Shown here one piece after another: positions 46,597 to 59,058 of a DNA stretch of 64,000 bases (its first letter is position 1; every line of letters starts with the position of its first letter). This stretch comes from Malacoraja senta. Taxonomy: Eukaryota. Both the position numbers and the translations under genes were made by a program. The stretch lies in assembly GCA_038087875.1 (NCBI GenBank), contig CM075989.1, positions 21,950,001 to 22,014,000 on the forward strand, in the 5' to 3' direction. Under the pieces are notes generated by a model. That model was not told the DNA's origin, did not search any database, and saw nothing but the letters and a program-made list of their open reading frames with translations.

Positions 46597-46900
46597 GGAC
46601 GGCACGGTGGCACAGCGGTAGAGTTGCTGCCTTACAGCTCCAGAGACATAGGTTCAATCCTGACTACGGGTGCTGTCTGTACGGAGTTTGTACGTTCTCC
46701 GCATAACCTGTGTGGGTTTTCCCCCGCACTCCGGTTTCCAAAGACGTGCAGGTTTGTAGGTAATTGGCTTCGGTAAAATTGTGAACTGTCCCTAGTGTGT
46801 GTAGGATAGTGTTTGTGTGCGGGGATCGCTGGTCGACGCGGACACGGTGGGCCGAAGGACCTGTTTCCGCGCTGTATCTCGAAACTAAACTAATCTAAAC
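46597..46900 (+). mobile_element. HE1-like V-SINE
   Basis: Head, V-domain, tail. Confidence 0.9.
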
Positions 46901-47029
46901 TTACAAACAAGATAAATTCAGCAAAACAATTGAAGAAGTTTAAAGACAATTAACATTAAAATAAAAGTTTGAAACAATCAACAATATTTAATCAAGAAGG
47001 CAACTTAAATGTATAAACGCTGTGCCAAC

Positions 47030-47602
47030 ACATTTATGTTACTGTGGTGAAGAAGGCTTATGGTATACTTGGCATCATAGTTAGGGGCTGTGAGTATAAT
47101 AGTCTGAAAATCACTTGATAGTGATTCAGAAAATCACTATAACTTGTGAACTTGTGAAAATCATGTGCAGCTTTGAGGGACTTTGGTTCAGCCACATTTG
47201 GTGTATTGCACGATCTTTACAGGAAGGATGTGGAGGCTTGCGAGAGAATACAGAAGAGTTTTTTTTGGTTTTTTTTTACAATAGGTGCAGGATTAGGCCA
47301 TTCGGCCCTTCGAGCCAGCAGATCTTTGCCAGATTAGGGAGCATTAGCTTCAGGAAAATGTTGGACAGACTTGTATTGTTTCCTCAGTAACGCTAGGGGT
47401 CGTGAGGACGGTTGGTAGACGTATATAAAATGATGATCGACATATATAGGGTAGACAGTCAGAACCTTTTTTCCTAGGGCGGAAATGTCAAAGACTAGAG
47501 GGCATAGCTTTAAGGTGTGAGGGACAAAGTTTAAAGGAGATGTGTGGGGCAGGTTATTTCACACAAAGACTGGTGGCTGCACCAGGGGTGGTGGTGGAGG
47601 CA
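47030..47602 (+). mobile_element. Older CR1 fragment (resumes 48377-48430)
   Basis: Degenerate VVKKAYGILG...KTRGHSFKV...GRLFHTK. Split by a younger CR1. Confidence 0.8.
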
Positions 47603-48376
47603 CGTATTATCTGAATGGTGGCCGATTAGGAAAAGGGGAGATGCAACGAGACCTGGGTGTCGTGGTACACCAGTCATTGAAAGTAGGCATGCAGGTGCAG
47701 CAGGCAGTGAAGAAGGCGAATGGTATGTTAGCATTCATAGCAAAAGGATTTGAGTATAGGAGCAGGGAGGTTCTACTGCAGTTGTACAGGGTCTTGGTGA
47801 GACCACACCTGGAGTATTGCGTACAGTTTTGGTCTCCAAATCTGAGGAAGGACATTATAGCCATAGAGGGAGTGCAGAGAAGGTTCACCAGACTGATTCC
47901 TGGGATGTCAGGACTTTCATATGAAGAAAGACTGGATAGACTCGATTTGTACTCGCTAGAATTTACAAGATTGAGGGGGGATCTTATAGAAACTTACAAA
48001 ATTCTTAAGGGGTTGGACAAGCTAGATGCAGGAAGATTGTTCCTGATGTTGGGGAAGTCCAGAACAAGGGGTCACAGTTTAAGGATAAGGGGGAAATCTT
48101 TTAGGACCGAGATGAGGAAAACATTTTTCACACAGAGAGTGGTGAATCTCTGGAATTCTCTGCCACAGAGGGTAGTTGAGGCCAGTTCATTGGCTATATT
48201 TAAGAGGGAGTTAGATGTGGCCCTTGTGGCTAAAGGGATCAGGGGGTATGGAGAGAAAGCAGGTACAGGATACTGAGTTGGATGATCAGCCATGATCATA
48301 TTGAATGGCGGTGCAGGCTCGAAGGGCCGAATGGCCTACTCCTGCACCTATTTTCTATGTTTCTATGTTTCTATGT
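47603..48376 (+). mobile_element. Young CR1 LINE, ORF2 C-terminal about 220 aa intact, 5' truncated
   Basis: YYLNG...QRDLGVVVHQSLKVGMQVQQAVKKANGML...LVRPHLEYCVQFWSP...WNSLPQRVVEA...GTGY*, (TTTCTATG)n tail. Confidence 0.97.
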
Positions 48377-49923
48377 ATACGTTAGTGGCGTTTAAGAGGC
48401 TTTTAGGTAGGCTCATGGAAGTGTAGGGAGAGAGCATTTTTTGCCTTGTTAATGTCTGCAGTACAAAACTATGTGGTAACAACATGCACATTCAAGATCT
48501 ACAATCAGAAAGTGAGGCTTTTCTTCGCTGTTTGCAACAGTGTCGTCTAAATGCACAGTGTTTGCCTGGTCAGTTATTCTGGTTCATACATCATGCTGGG
48601 AACAGGATCGGGCCAATAGGCTCTGAATTGTTGTGGGCATCTCCCAATCTCCTCCCACCGTCTCGTTGGAAAATCAGTGGAATTCTTGGAAAGGTGACGG
48701 GATTGCATATTTTTGGCCACGGCTGATATTTTGCCAGGAGACATATCAAATCTCCTACTGTTGAGCTCCCTAACTTACTGCTGCCCATCACTGGAAGAAA
48801 TATCAGATGAGTGTTCAGTGTTAAATAGACATTAAAAAAAAAGAAAGTTGCTACAAGTTGTTCAGGGGCTTACCAAATATTATAATTTAAATATAAGTCA
48901 CATTGAAAGGCGTCGTGATGTCACATAAATGCCAAAGATGACATGTGAATGTAATTGAACGAAAACAATGTACAACTGTTCCATTGTTCGATTCTTCTCA
49001 CTCTCCATTGACCAGGGCAGTGCCCTGGAGAACCTTAGTTCAATGAACACAGTTTGAAGCAGTGGACAAAGAGTTTTCTGTGCACAAGGGAAGGGGAAGG
49101 CACAATCCTTTTCTGTGTTCACAGAAGGTGGCGGAGAATTTTCACCACGACAAGTCTGACACCATCACCGTCCCCCTGCAACCACACTGACTACAGCGGA
49201 CAACGTAAATAAATGACTGAATCCTCTGCCACCTATTGCCTCTTCAGTCACAGGAAAATCTTCCCCTTCAGAATCAGATGGTCCTTACTCCTACCTCTGC
49301 CCTTGTCCTGAACTAGCCTAAAGAACAGTGAGCATGTTCCCTTCCGAGCCTGTGTCATTGGCATGTTGAAGTATGGTCTAATCACCCTTTGTTCCTTGCA
49401 TCTTCTTAAGGTTTTGGAGGTTAGCCAGCACCTACAGGTATCTAGAGAGTTCAGGCAATGTTGGATGAAGGGAGCCACATGCATCCATCTTGATCCAGAA
49501 CTGTTGCAGATGGTCTATTCCACCTTGGCTTCCAATTCCCCAGTTGACAGCACAAATGGTACCTGTCAAGCCACCTCTTGATGATGTTGTGAGTTGTGTT
49601 GTACCACAGGGACCATCAGCCCCGGCACTCTACGCTCCTCTGCTGCCCTAATGCCTCCTGGTGATATTCTGTTACGGCATGTCTATCCGAGGCCGAGACC
49701 CCACTGCAGGAGAGTTTTGTCCTCGGGCGGGCAGTCCGGACAACAGAGATAGATGGATGTCCTTGCCAGTAGAAGCAGAGCGGAATTAGTTCTACCCTGC
49801 ACCCACGCCCACCCAACCATCTGCTCCAAAAACATCAAGACAATGGTAAAAAAACTTAAAATAGGCCAACAAATATTTCAAGTATTCTTCAGTGTGATTG
49901 TTGATTTTAAGATCACGATTTAA

Positions 49924-50236
49924 GGTGGCACGGTGGCGCAGCGGCAGAGTTGCTGCCTTACATGGCCAGAGATACCGGTTGGATCCTGACTACGGGTGCT
50001 GTCTGTACGGTGTTTGTACGTTCTCCCCGTGACATGCGTTGGTTTTCTTAGGGTGCTCCAGTTTCCTCCCACACTCCAAAAACGAATAGGTATGTAGGTC
50101 AATTGGATTGGTATAACTGTAAACTCTCCCTGGTGTGTGTAGGATCGTGTTAACGCGCGGGGACCACTGGTCGGTGTGGACTCGGTGGGCCGACCGGCCT
50201 GTTTCCATGTTGTATCGCTGAGCTAAACTAAACTAA
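49924..50236 (+). mobile_element. HE1-like V-SINE
   Basis: Head, V-domain, tail. Confidence 0.9.
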
Positions 50237-50790
50237 AATATAGCAAGAAATAATGGTGGTACTCTAATGGATCATAGTCACATCCAATTAAACTGGAGAA
50301 ATTAAAGATTAACTTTCCACCCAGTGAATGCAGCAAATAATATTTGCTAATAAACAACATACCTCACTAACTACAAACATCCAACATTAACATTTGTGAC
50401 TTGGGTTTAATTAAATGAAGGTAGTATTGATTCCCCCCCCCCCCCCCCAAAGTAATAGGTTTCACATAAGACGATTAATATTATTCACACCCACATGTCT
50501 GCTGAATGATCTTGACCCTTGTAACCTTGGCCTTTTCAGAGGCTTACACTGCGCCTGCTTGCAGCCTGTCCCCGGCATGTTATTGACATAAACAGAATTT
50601 AATCTGTCTCTAGCAAGCACGAGCCAACCAGCACATTGGGCGATGACTGTGCACCACACAACAAGCTGCACAGCAGTGCCTAGTGGTGGTGGCACTATTT
50701 CTGCAGTCAGAATTAAAACAATAAAGTATCCACACGAATCCCTCCGTGTCCCAACTCGTAACTGAATTGGACTTAAATTAAATAAAAGGA

Positions 50791-51246
50791 CACAGAATGC
50801 TGGAGTAACTCAGCGGGTCAAGAGGCATCTCTGGAGAACATGGATAGGTGACGTTTCACACAGTGCTGGAGTAACTCAGCGGGTCAGGCAGCATCTCTGG
50901 AGAACATGGATAAATAACGTTTCACAGAGTGCTGGAGTAACTCAGCGGGTCAGGCAGCATCTCTGGAGAACATGGATAGGTGACGTTTCACAGAGTGCTG
51001 GAGTAACTCAGCGGGTCAGGCAGCATCTGTGGAGCGAAGGAAATGGGCAACCTTTCGGGCCGAAACCCTGAAGGAAATAGGCAACGTTTCGGGCCGAAAC
51101 CCGGAAGGGTTTCGGGCCGAAACGTTGCCTATTTCCTTCGCTCCATAGATGCTGCCGGAACATGGATAGGTGACGTTTCACAGAGTGCTGGAGTAACTCA
51201 GCGGGTCAGGCAGCATCTCTCGAGAATATGCATCGGTGACGTTTCG
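50791..51246 (-). repeat. 66-nt tandem array derived from the Penelope terminus, with an internal young fold-back insertion
   Basis: Units start at 50791, 50857, 50923, 50989 and 51179 (CACAGAGTGCTGGAGTAACTCAGCGGGTCAGGCAGCATCTCTGGAGAACATGGATAGGTGACGTTT). Confidence 0.92.
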
Positions 51247-51319
51247 TAAGATCATAAGTTCATAAGAGTGGAATTAGGCCATTAGAACAATCTGAGCGTT
51301 TGTTGGCATTGGGCCTGCA

Positions 51320-51718
51320 CTCGCTGGAGCGGGGACCTGATTGAAACGTACAGAAAAGTGTAAGACCTGGCTAGAGTGGACGTGGAGAGAATGTTTCCAC
51401 CAGTGGGAGAGTCTAGGGCAAGAGGTCATAGCCTCAGAATTAAAGGACGTTCTTTTAGGAAGGAGATGGGGAGAAATTTCTTTAATCAGAGGCTGGTGAA
51501 TCTGTGGGATTCTTTGCCATGGAAGGCTGTGGAGGCCGTCAGTGGATATTTTTAAGGCAGAGATAGATAGATTATTGATTAGTACGGGTGTCAATGGTTA
51601 TGGGGGAAAGGCAGGAGGATGGGGTTAAGAGTGAAAGATAGATCAGCCATCAAATGGCAGATTAGACTCGAAGGGCCGAATGGCCCAATTCTGCTCCTAT
51701 TACTTATGACCTTATGAC
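51320..51718 (+). mobile_element. CR1 3' fragment
   Basis: Same family as 43197-43563. Confidence 0.88.
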
Positions 51719-52140
51719 TATTCAGCTGAATTGAGGAAGGGATGTGTAACTTCCAGTTCAAGTTGAAAGTCCAATGTGAACAAAATATAGAAGTTACATG
51801 ATCCCTGACTCAACGGTTGACATTACTTACTGTAAACAATTTCTGCGTTTCAAAATAGGATTTTTACCGAAACCATCAGTTTAGGTGGCGTTCCGGTACA
51901 AATAACTCCTGCAACTGATGAGCAAGATCCAGCTCAGATTTGGAAACAAAGTGCCTTTGTCTGAAAGCAAATAGTAAATGCATCACAGGGTCAATAAGTC
52001 AGAATGCTGTTGGGTCATTAGGATGCATCTCTCTCAGCCTACGCAGTAATGGGGGGATCTATTAGAGAGATTATTTCACTGAGTCACAGACTGAGATAAT
52101 CCATTCAATGAGTCTACAACTGAAAATGGTCCTCTCAGTG

Positions 52141-52288
52141 AAGATAGACACATAAATGCTGGAGCAACTCAGTGGGTCAGGCAGCATCTAAGGGAGACAC
52201 AAAATGCTGGAGGAACTCAGCGGGACAGGCAGCATCTCTGGAGAGAAGGAATGGGTGACATTTCGGGTCGAGACCCTTCTTCGGACTG
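52141..52288 (-). mobile_element. Partially duplicated hammerhead/PLE terminus
   Basis: Two tandem GACACA(T/A)AAATGCTGGAG...GGCAGCATCT segments followed by the hammerhead reverse complement. Confidence 0.85.
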
Positions 52289-52477
52289 ATCAGGCGATCA
52301 GGCAGCAAGACTGGTGAAAAGGAAAAGCTGGGTTGGAACCCGTCTTCGGACCGAGAGTCGTTTACCAATCCACCCACCGGAAGGATTCACATATTGTGGC
52401 AGTAAGGATCCAATCGGCTGAACTATGGTTGATTAAAACACCCCTTAAATGCTGACTGGTTTCTACTAATCTAAACA

Positions 52478-52626
52478 CTGAAGATCTCGGAGAGAACCCA
52501 CGCAGGTCACGGGGAGAACGTACAAACTCCGTACAGACAACCACTCGGTAGCCAGGATCGAACCCGGGTCTCTGGCGCTGTAAGCGCTGTAAGGCAGCAA
52601 CTCTACCGCTGCACCACCGTGCCGCC
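52478..52626 (-). mobile_element. V-SINE 5' half (head-duplication subfamily)
   Basis: GGCGCTGTAAGCGCTGTAAGGCAGC. Confidence 0.88.
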
Positions 52627-53039
52627 ATGCCACCCAGAAGGGTGTTTGGCTTCTGAATGGCTGCTGTGACTACTGACATACACATTGATTTACAAGGCAG
52701 GAACCATAAAGTAGGTTATCTGCGTTGAAGCCAGCGTACAGAGTAACACATATTAATGGACGCTTCAGCATCATGCCTTTGTAGGGATATATAATCCATT
52801 GTTACAAAACAGGATGCATTTATAAAAATCATGGATTGTATTTATAGATACCAAAGAATGGATGTCCAGACACTTTTCCAGTCCTTGGTCTATAAGCCAA
52901 AATATTAAATCACTTTCCGAAGATGCAGGCTTCAGTTGAGTGTGAGTTTAGCTTATAGTCACGTGTGCCGAGGTACAGTGAAAAGCTTTTGTTGCGTGCA
53001 AACCAGTCGGCCGAAAGACGATACATGTTTACAACTGAA

Positions 53040-53385
53040 TGGTGAAAAGCCTGGATAGAGTGGATGTTTCCACTAGTGCAACAAGAGATGGGAGCCAGCC
53101 TCAGAATTAATGGATGTTCCGTTGGGTAGGAGATGAGAAGGAATTTCTTTAGTCAGAGGGCGGTGAATCGGTGGAATTATTTGCCACAGAAGGCTGTGGC
53201 GGCCAAGTCAATGGATATTTTTAAGGCAGAGATAGATAGATTCCTGATTAGAACGGGTGTCAAAGGTTATGGGGAGAAGGCAGGAGAATGGGGGTTAAGA
53301 GGGGAAGATAGATCAGCATTGATTGATTGGTGGAGTGGACTTGATGGGCCGAATGATCTAATTCTGTCCCTATAACATATGAAAT
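53040..53385 (+). mobile_element. CR1 3' fragment
   Basis: MRRNFFSQRAVNRWNYLPQKAVAAKS...GYGEKAGEWG. Confidence 0.88.
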
Positions 53386-54270
53386 TATGAAGCGAGCCAT
53401 CCACTGTGTACAGCTATTGAAAAGAGTGGAGTGATTGCCAGCAATGTGCCAAGCAACATTGGATACCTGGTTAGAAAATACTTTGAAACTGTGCACAGAA
53501 GTTGAGTCACGGGGTGATGGGATTGGGGTGGGGGGGGGGGGGGGGGGCGGGAGGGGAGAGAGACGGAGACAGTGAACACTTCACATATTCTTATCACTCT
53601 CTTTTCCTCTTGACTCCCTCTGTGAAGTTGCGATCTATCGTCCACTGCTCCTTCCAGACAAGACTTGCATTTCTGCAAACTGTGAATAGCACAAATGTTT
53701 AGATTTCAGTTCATGAAGGTTGCAGTAGACCAGACAGTGAGTACATTAACAATGTTTTGACTTACACAAGTTTTTGACTTTTTTCTGCCAAACCACTACA
53801 TCAGACAGACGAGTTCAAAGTTGCTAATGGGGGAAGAAAACCCTGTTTAGAAATATTACCTCAGCTTAAAATATAACCTCAGCTTTCCTAGGTGATGAGA
53901 GAGGGGGCAGAATTATTGATATGGTTGCCAATTTGGTTCACATTGTTTCATTAATATATGACGGACTCATTCTGGTGGGAACGTGATTGCCATTATGTAC
54001 CCAAAAGTCATTTTGCTGTATCTCTGTACAAGTGTACTGCTGGCACATTCCAAGTGGCGAGCGTTAGAGTCTTGACTGTACCTAAGCTGATCCCATGGTG
54101 TTCAGTACAATCATCAAAAGTCTTCTGCGCTGTTGAACTGCTGTGGGAGTATCGCAGCACTAATGAGCTACGCCTCCACATGACATAATGTGCCAATGCA
54201 TAGAAACATCGAAACATAGAAAATAGGTGCAGGAGTAGGCCATTCGGCCCTTTGAGGCAGCACCGCCATC

Positions 54271-54604
54271 GGGCAGCATGGTGACACAGTGGAAGAGTTG
54301 CTGCCTTACAGCGCTTGCAGCGCCAGAGACCTGGGTTCGATGCTGACCACAGGTGCTGTTTGTACGGAGTTTGTACTTTCTCCCCGTGACCTGTGTGGGT
54401 TTTCTCTGAGATATTCGGTTTCCTCCCACACTCCAAAGACGTACAGGTTTGTAGGTTAATTGGCTTGGTCAATGTAAAAAAAAAAAAAATGCCCCTAGTG
54501 TGTGTAGGATAGTGTTAATGTGCGGGGATCGCTGGTCGTCGTGGACCCGGTGGGCCGAAGGGCCTGTTTCCACGCTGTCTTTCTGAACTAAACTAAAAAC
54601 TAAA
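54271..54604 (+). mobile_element. HE1-like V-SINE inserted in a minus-strand CR1 tail (about 54200-54770)
   Basis: Head with duplication, V-domain, tail. CR1 flanks are collinear. Confidence 0.9.
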
Positions 54605-55556
54605 TATGATTGTGGCTGAATATCCAAAAACAGTACGCCGTGCCTTCTTTCTCCCCATATCCCTTGATTCCGTTAGCCTAAAGAGCTATCTCTTGAATAC
54701 ATCCAGTGATTTGGCCTGCACTGCCTTCTGTGGCAGAGAACTCCACAAGTTCACAACTTTCTGGGTGAAAACTGGGTGAATGCAACATCTGGATCGCAGG
54801 AATGAATCAAAATATGGAAGAAATGGTTCAGCTCAAGAGAGGTTCCTTGATCCGTTCATTACGACATCTTTGAATTTGCAAGAAAAAAATACTCAAGAAC
54901 TATTTGGCGAGTGTTCGTGCAGAAAATGCTCGCTGGAATCCATTTAAGGAGGGATTCAATTCTGGGTGATTTAATTTAGAGGTACATTTGAACATGCAAT
55001 TGTTTCTAACAGGCAGTATTAATGGCAAATTGCGATTTTCATGTTCAAAGCTGACACTGTTAACAAATATAAACGATCAGGCATTGCTTGAGCCAGCTGT
55101 GAAGATGGGAATGTTTGCCAGGCATTTCGTTAGACACCATTGAAATTATAATTTAAAGCCACAGGGCCTTGTTCTGTGCTTGTATATATTTGAAAGGCAC
55201 TTAAATACCCGATTAATAACTATAGCAATGTTGCAATGTCAGAACAAAACACTTTTCCCCTTTTTCTGATCACATTTCACCTACATGGTGCCTTTTTATA
55301 ATGTGACTTTGTTCTTGTGTTCACAGCAAGAACAGTATTAGTTTAATGAGCTAAATAAACCAAGATTAAAACAGGTAAAACTCTTCGCTGCGATTTGCAT
55401 CAAAAATAATAACACTGAAAAAATAAAAAATCATGCTTCAGAAATGAAGATTTACTACACAATCTTGTTTTCATTGGTTTCACCTGACTTGATGCTTATT
55501 TATAATGTACATTTCATGGCTGGATTCAAAACGCCAGAATAATTGTACTCATACCA

Positions 55557-55875
55557 TATAGAAACATAGAAACATAGAAAATAGGTGCAGGAGTAGGCCA
55601 TTTGGCCCTTCGAGCCTGCACCGCCATTCAATATGATCATGGCTGATCATCCAACTCAGTATCCCGTGCCTGCCTTCTCTCCATACCCCCTGATCCCTTT
55701 AGCCACAAGGGCCACATCTAACTCCATCTTAAATATAGCCAATGAACTGGCCTCAACTACCTTCTGTGGCAGAGAATTCCAGAGATTCACCACTCTCTGT
55801 GTGAAAAATGTTTTTCTCATCTCGGTGCTAAAAGACTTCCCCCTTATCCTTAAACTGTGACCCCTTGTTCTGGAA
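55557..55875 (-). mobile_element. Young CR1 3' fragment
   Basis: SRTRGHSLRIRGKSF...GYGEKAGTGY, near-identical to 48060-48376. Confidence 0.95.
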
Positions 55876-56159
55876 CATGGAACAATATATAGAAGATAGA
55901 AGATAAACAAAGTTGTAGAGTAACTCAGTGGCTCAGGCAACATCTCAGGAGAAAAAAGATGGTCACGTATCGGGTCATAAGGAATAGGAGCAGAATTAGG
56001 CCATTCGGCCCATCAAGTCTACTCCGCCATTCAATCATGGCTTAATTTTGCCCCGATATCCTATGAACATGATAATTTGCTGTCAGTAAACTTCATAACA
56101 TCTATTTGACCTCATGAAGAGTGTTTTTGGACCCACCTTCAAAGGGATTCTAGAAACCA

Positions 56160-56525
56160 CGGGAGCCTGCGGACTCTAACATCGTGGAGCTCGCGGTCTC
56201 TGATCAGAGACCGACTTCCAAGCTTCGATCGCCCCGACGCGGGGGCTTCGACCGCCGGCTGCGGGAGCTTCAATCGTCCCAACTGCGGATGGTTCAACTG
56301 CCCCCGAATGCGGTAGAATAAAAAAGCGGAAGAGGTTTGGACTTTATTGCCTCCATCACAGTGAGGAACGTAGGGAATCCGCTGTGGTGGATGTTCATGT
56401 TAACTTTTATGTAGTTGTGTGTCTTGTTGCTTTTTTTTTAGTATGGCTGTATGGTAATACGAATTTCACTGTACCTTAATTGGTACATGTGACAATAAAC
56501 TGACCTTGAAACCTTGAAACCTTGA
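56160..56525 (+). mobile_element. GC-rich non-coding retroposon with Rex1-type tail
   Basis: Internal GCTTCGATCGCCCC-like repeats. Tail GAATTTCACTGTACCTTAATTGGTACATGTGACAATAAA followed by (ACCTTGAA)n. Confidence 0.75.
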
Positions 56526-57197
56526 TACAAAAATATGATATCCAATTCGTTTGTTAGGAAGAGCACATTTGTACATCCTTTGGGTCATGTTATTGTGTAC
56601 ATTGGTATCAGATAGCATGAGTCAACACCAGCTTGTAAAGTCCGTGAGATTGCCTTATCACAGTGACTGACACCATTGATCCACAGCGGTTTCGATGGCA
56701 GATCTGAATTTGTAACAATACTGAAAGGTTACTTTTCTTACTTGTAGGACATTGTTCTCCTTTACCGAAGGCATCAGTCAACCTCGTTACCCCCAAGCTC
56801 AGATGTTTACAAATGTGAGTTATGAGAGCTTTGTTGGATATTGTTTTAAGATGCCTGCTTCATGGACTTGTCACTAACTAATTCAATACTTATTATCCAA
56901 GACTTAAATTATATTATGTAAACAGGGATATACTTTTGAATTGCAAAAGATTGTCCAACAAGCACCTCATATTTAATATATCTCCAATCTGAAGAAGGAT
57001 CTCGACCCGAAACATCACCCATTCCTTCTCTCTGGAGATGCTGGTTGCCCCGGATGCAAAGACTGAGACAAAAATAGTTGCCTAATCCCTGGCTGAGTAA
57101 ATGTTTTCAGGGGAGTGACCATTTTAAATTCTTAATATTAACAAAAAAGGCAGCTGGCATAATCAATTATAGAATGATAATCAGCAATATGAATTCT

Positions 57198-57304
57198 GAA
57201 TCTGAAATCTGAAGGAAGGGACTCGACCCGAAACGTCACCCATTCCTTCTCTCCGCAGATGCTGGTTGTCCCGCTGAGTTACTCCTGGTTTTTGTGACTA
57301 TCTT
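57198..57304 (+). mobile_element. Short hammerhead/PLE-terminus insertion
   Basis: 13-bp TSD CAATATGAATTCT (57185-57197, 57305-57317). Stuttered start GAATCTGAAATCTGAAG. Confidence 0.9.
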
Positions 57305-57820
57305 CAATATGAATTCTCCCAGTGATTTGACAAACCCTGAGTGCAACAACCTAACACATTCTCAACGATATTAACATCAGAAACGTTGAAATGTTCATGC
57401 CTAACCTTGAGATTTATTAAGCGATTTCATACAGAAACCCAGTTTCAGTGGTGAACATAAATTGGATATAAACACATAACCATCCAGGTCTACTTTGTTT
57501 TCCTTGATAGAAACCTGGTCATAAAATGTTCTAGATTAAGTGGTTCAATTTGATCTCTAAATATTATTTCACCAGAAAGTCCTGTAACTTGGTTCAGTCG
57601 TCGACATTCAATGAATTCCAATTATCGAGTCATGGAATCTTAGTGTGGAAACAATCCCTTCGACCCAACTTGCCCACACCCACTAACATGTTCTGTCTAT
57701 TCTATAACTGCCTGCATTTGCTCATATTCCTTCAAACCTTGGCCTATCCATGTACCTGTCAAAATGTTTCTTCAACATTGCAATAGAGCCTGCTATCTTG
57801 AGAAGATAAGCAAGGCTTAC

Positions 57821-58120
57821 AGGGCGGCACAGTGGCACAGTGGTTGTGTTGCTGCCTTACAGTGCCAGAGTCACAGGTTCAATCCTGACTACAGGTGCTG
57901 TCTGTATGGAGTTTGTACGTTTTCCCCGTGACCTCCATGGGTTTTCTCCGAATGCTCCGGTTTCCTCCCACACACCAACGATGTACAGGTTCGTAGTTTA
58001 ATTGGCTTTGGTAAAATTGTAATTTGTCCTCAGTGTGTAGAATAGTGTTAGCATGCGGGGATTGTTGGTCGGTAGGCTGAAGGGCCTGTTTCCACACTGT
58101 ATCTCTAAACTAAACTAAAC
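57821..58120 (+). mobile_element. HE1-like V-SINE
   Basis: Head, V-domain, tail. Confidence 0.9.
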
Positions 58121-58692
58121 GAAAGCTTGAAAAGCAAAAGACATGTTCTGAGAGGGGTGTGTGGTTTTTTTTAAACGACAGAAAATAAGTATCTCCAGAG
58201 CATTTTTGGTGTTTTACATCGCTAGGATCTGGTGTAGAGGCGTGGATTTGGAAACAACAAGTACAGGCAGTTTCCACCAGTGATCACTTGACCCATAAGC
58301 TCACAATGAAGTCACAATGAAGAGGCAAAGAGCTTATATTGAATGACAGATGAATCTTGTGCTGCTCCATTGCATAAACAACCAAGAGTGCCTGCAGCAT
58401 TTTGTCTGTTAATTTAGACATAATTCATGCTTCAAATATGTTGACTCCAAGTTGTCAATGGGCAGGCAGCGTGCTTCCTCAGGTGCTTGTGAAGGTGTCA
58501 AAGGAGGGGCGTTCTGAAGTGGTTAGTGAGTGAGCAGTCATCTGGAAAGCCGAGAATGTAGATGCCATAATGTAGTCAATAAAAAAAGGAAGCTCTTACC
58601 CTTCATATTCCCTCAGGTTTATTTTTCACAATACATTTTCTGTAATCAGGCTTCCATAGGCTAGGATTCTGTCCGATTCACCTCTACCCTTT

Positions 58693-59058
58693 GTCTGAAG
58701 ATGGGTCTCGACCCAAAACATCACCCATTCCTATTATTTGTAGGAAGGAACTACGGATGCTGGTTTAAACCGAAGATGGACACAAAATGCTCAGCATGAC
58801 AGACAACAAATCTCTGGAGAGAAAGAATGGGTGATGTTATGGGTTGAGACCCTTCTTCAGACTAGAGTCAGGGGAAAGGGATACGAGAGATATAGGCGGT
58901 GATGTAGAGAGATATAGAACAATGAATGAAAGATATGCAAAAAAGTAATGATGATAAAGGAAACAGGCCATAGTTAGCTGTCTGCTAGGTTCTATCCATT
59001 CCAATTCCTTCTCTCCAGAGATGCTGCCTGACCTGCTGAGTTACTCCAGCATTTTGTG
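58693..59058. mobile_element. Nested PLE termini (plus-strand short copy containing a minus-strand longer copy)
   Basis: Outer TSD TCTACCCTTT (58683-58692, 59059-59068). Inner copy at about 58740-58990 is in opposite orientation. Confidence 0.75.

Noticed and set aside
47542..48276. 244-aa ORF as a host gene
   Set aside because: It is the CR1 ORF2 C-terminus, and the apparent start comes from an adjacent older CR1
49400..49580. Possible hAT dimerisation-domain remnant (minus-strand ...QQFWIKMDACGSLHPTLPELSRYL*)
   Set aside because: Resemblance is weak, interrupted by stops, and there are no TIRs. It would need a profile search.
50791..51246. CRISPR-like array
   Set aside because: Units are contiguous 66-nt tandem repeats with no unique spacers, the context is eukaryotic and there are no cas genes
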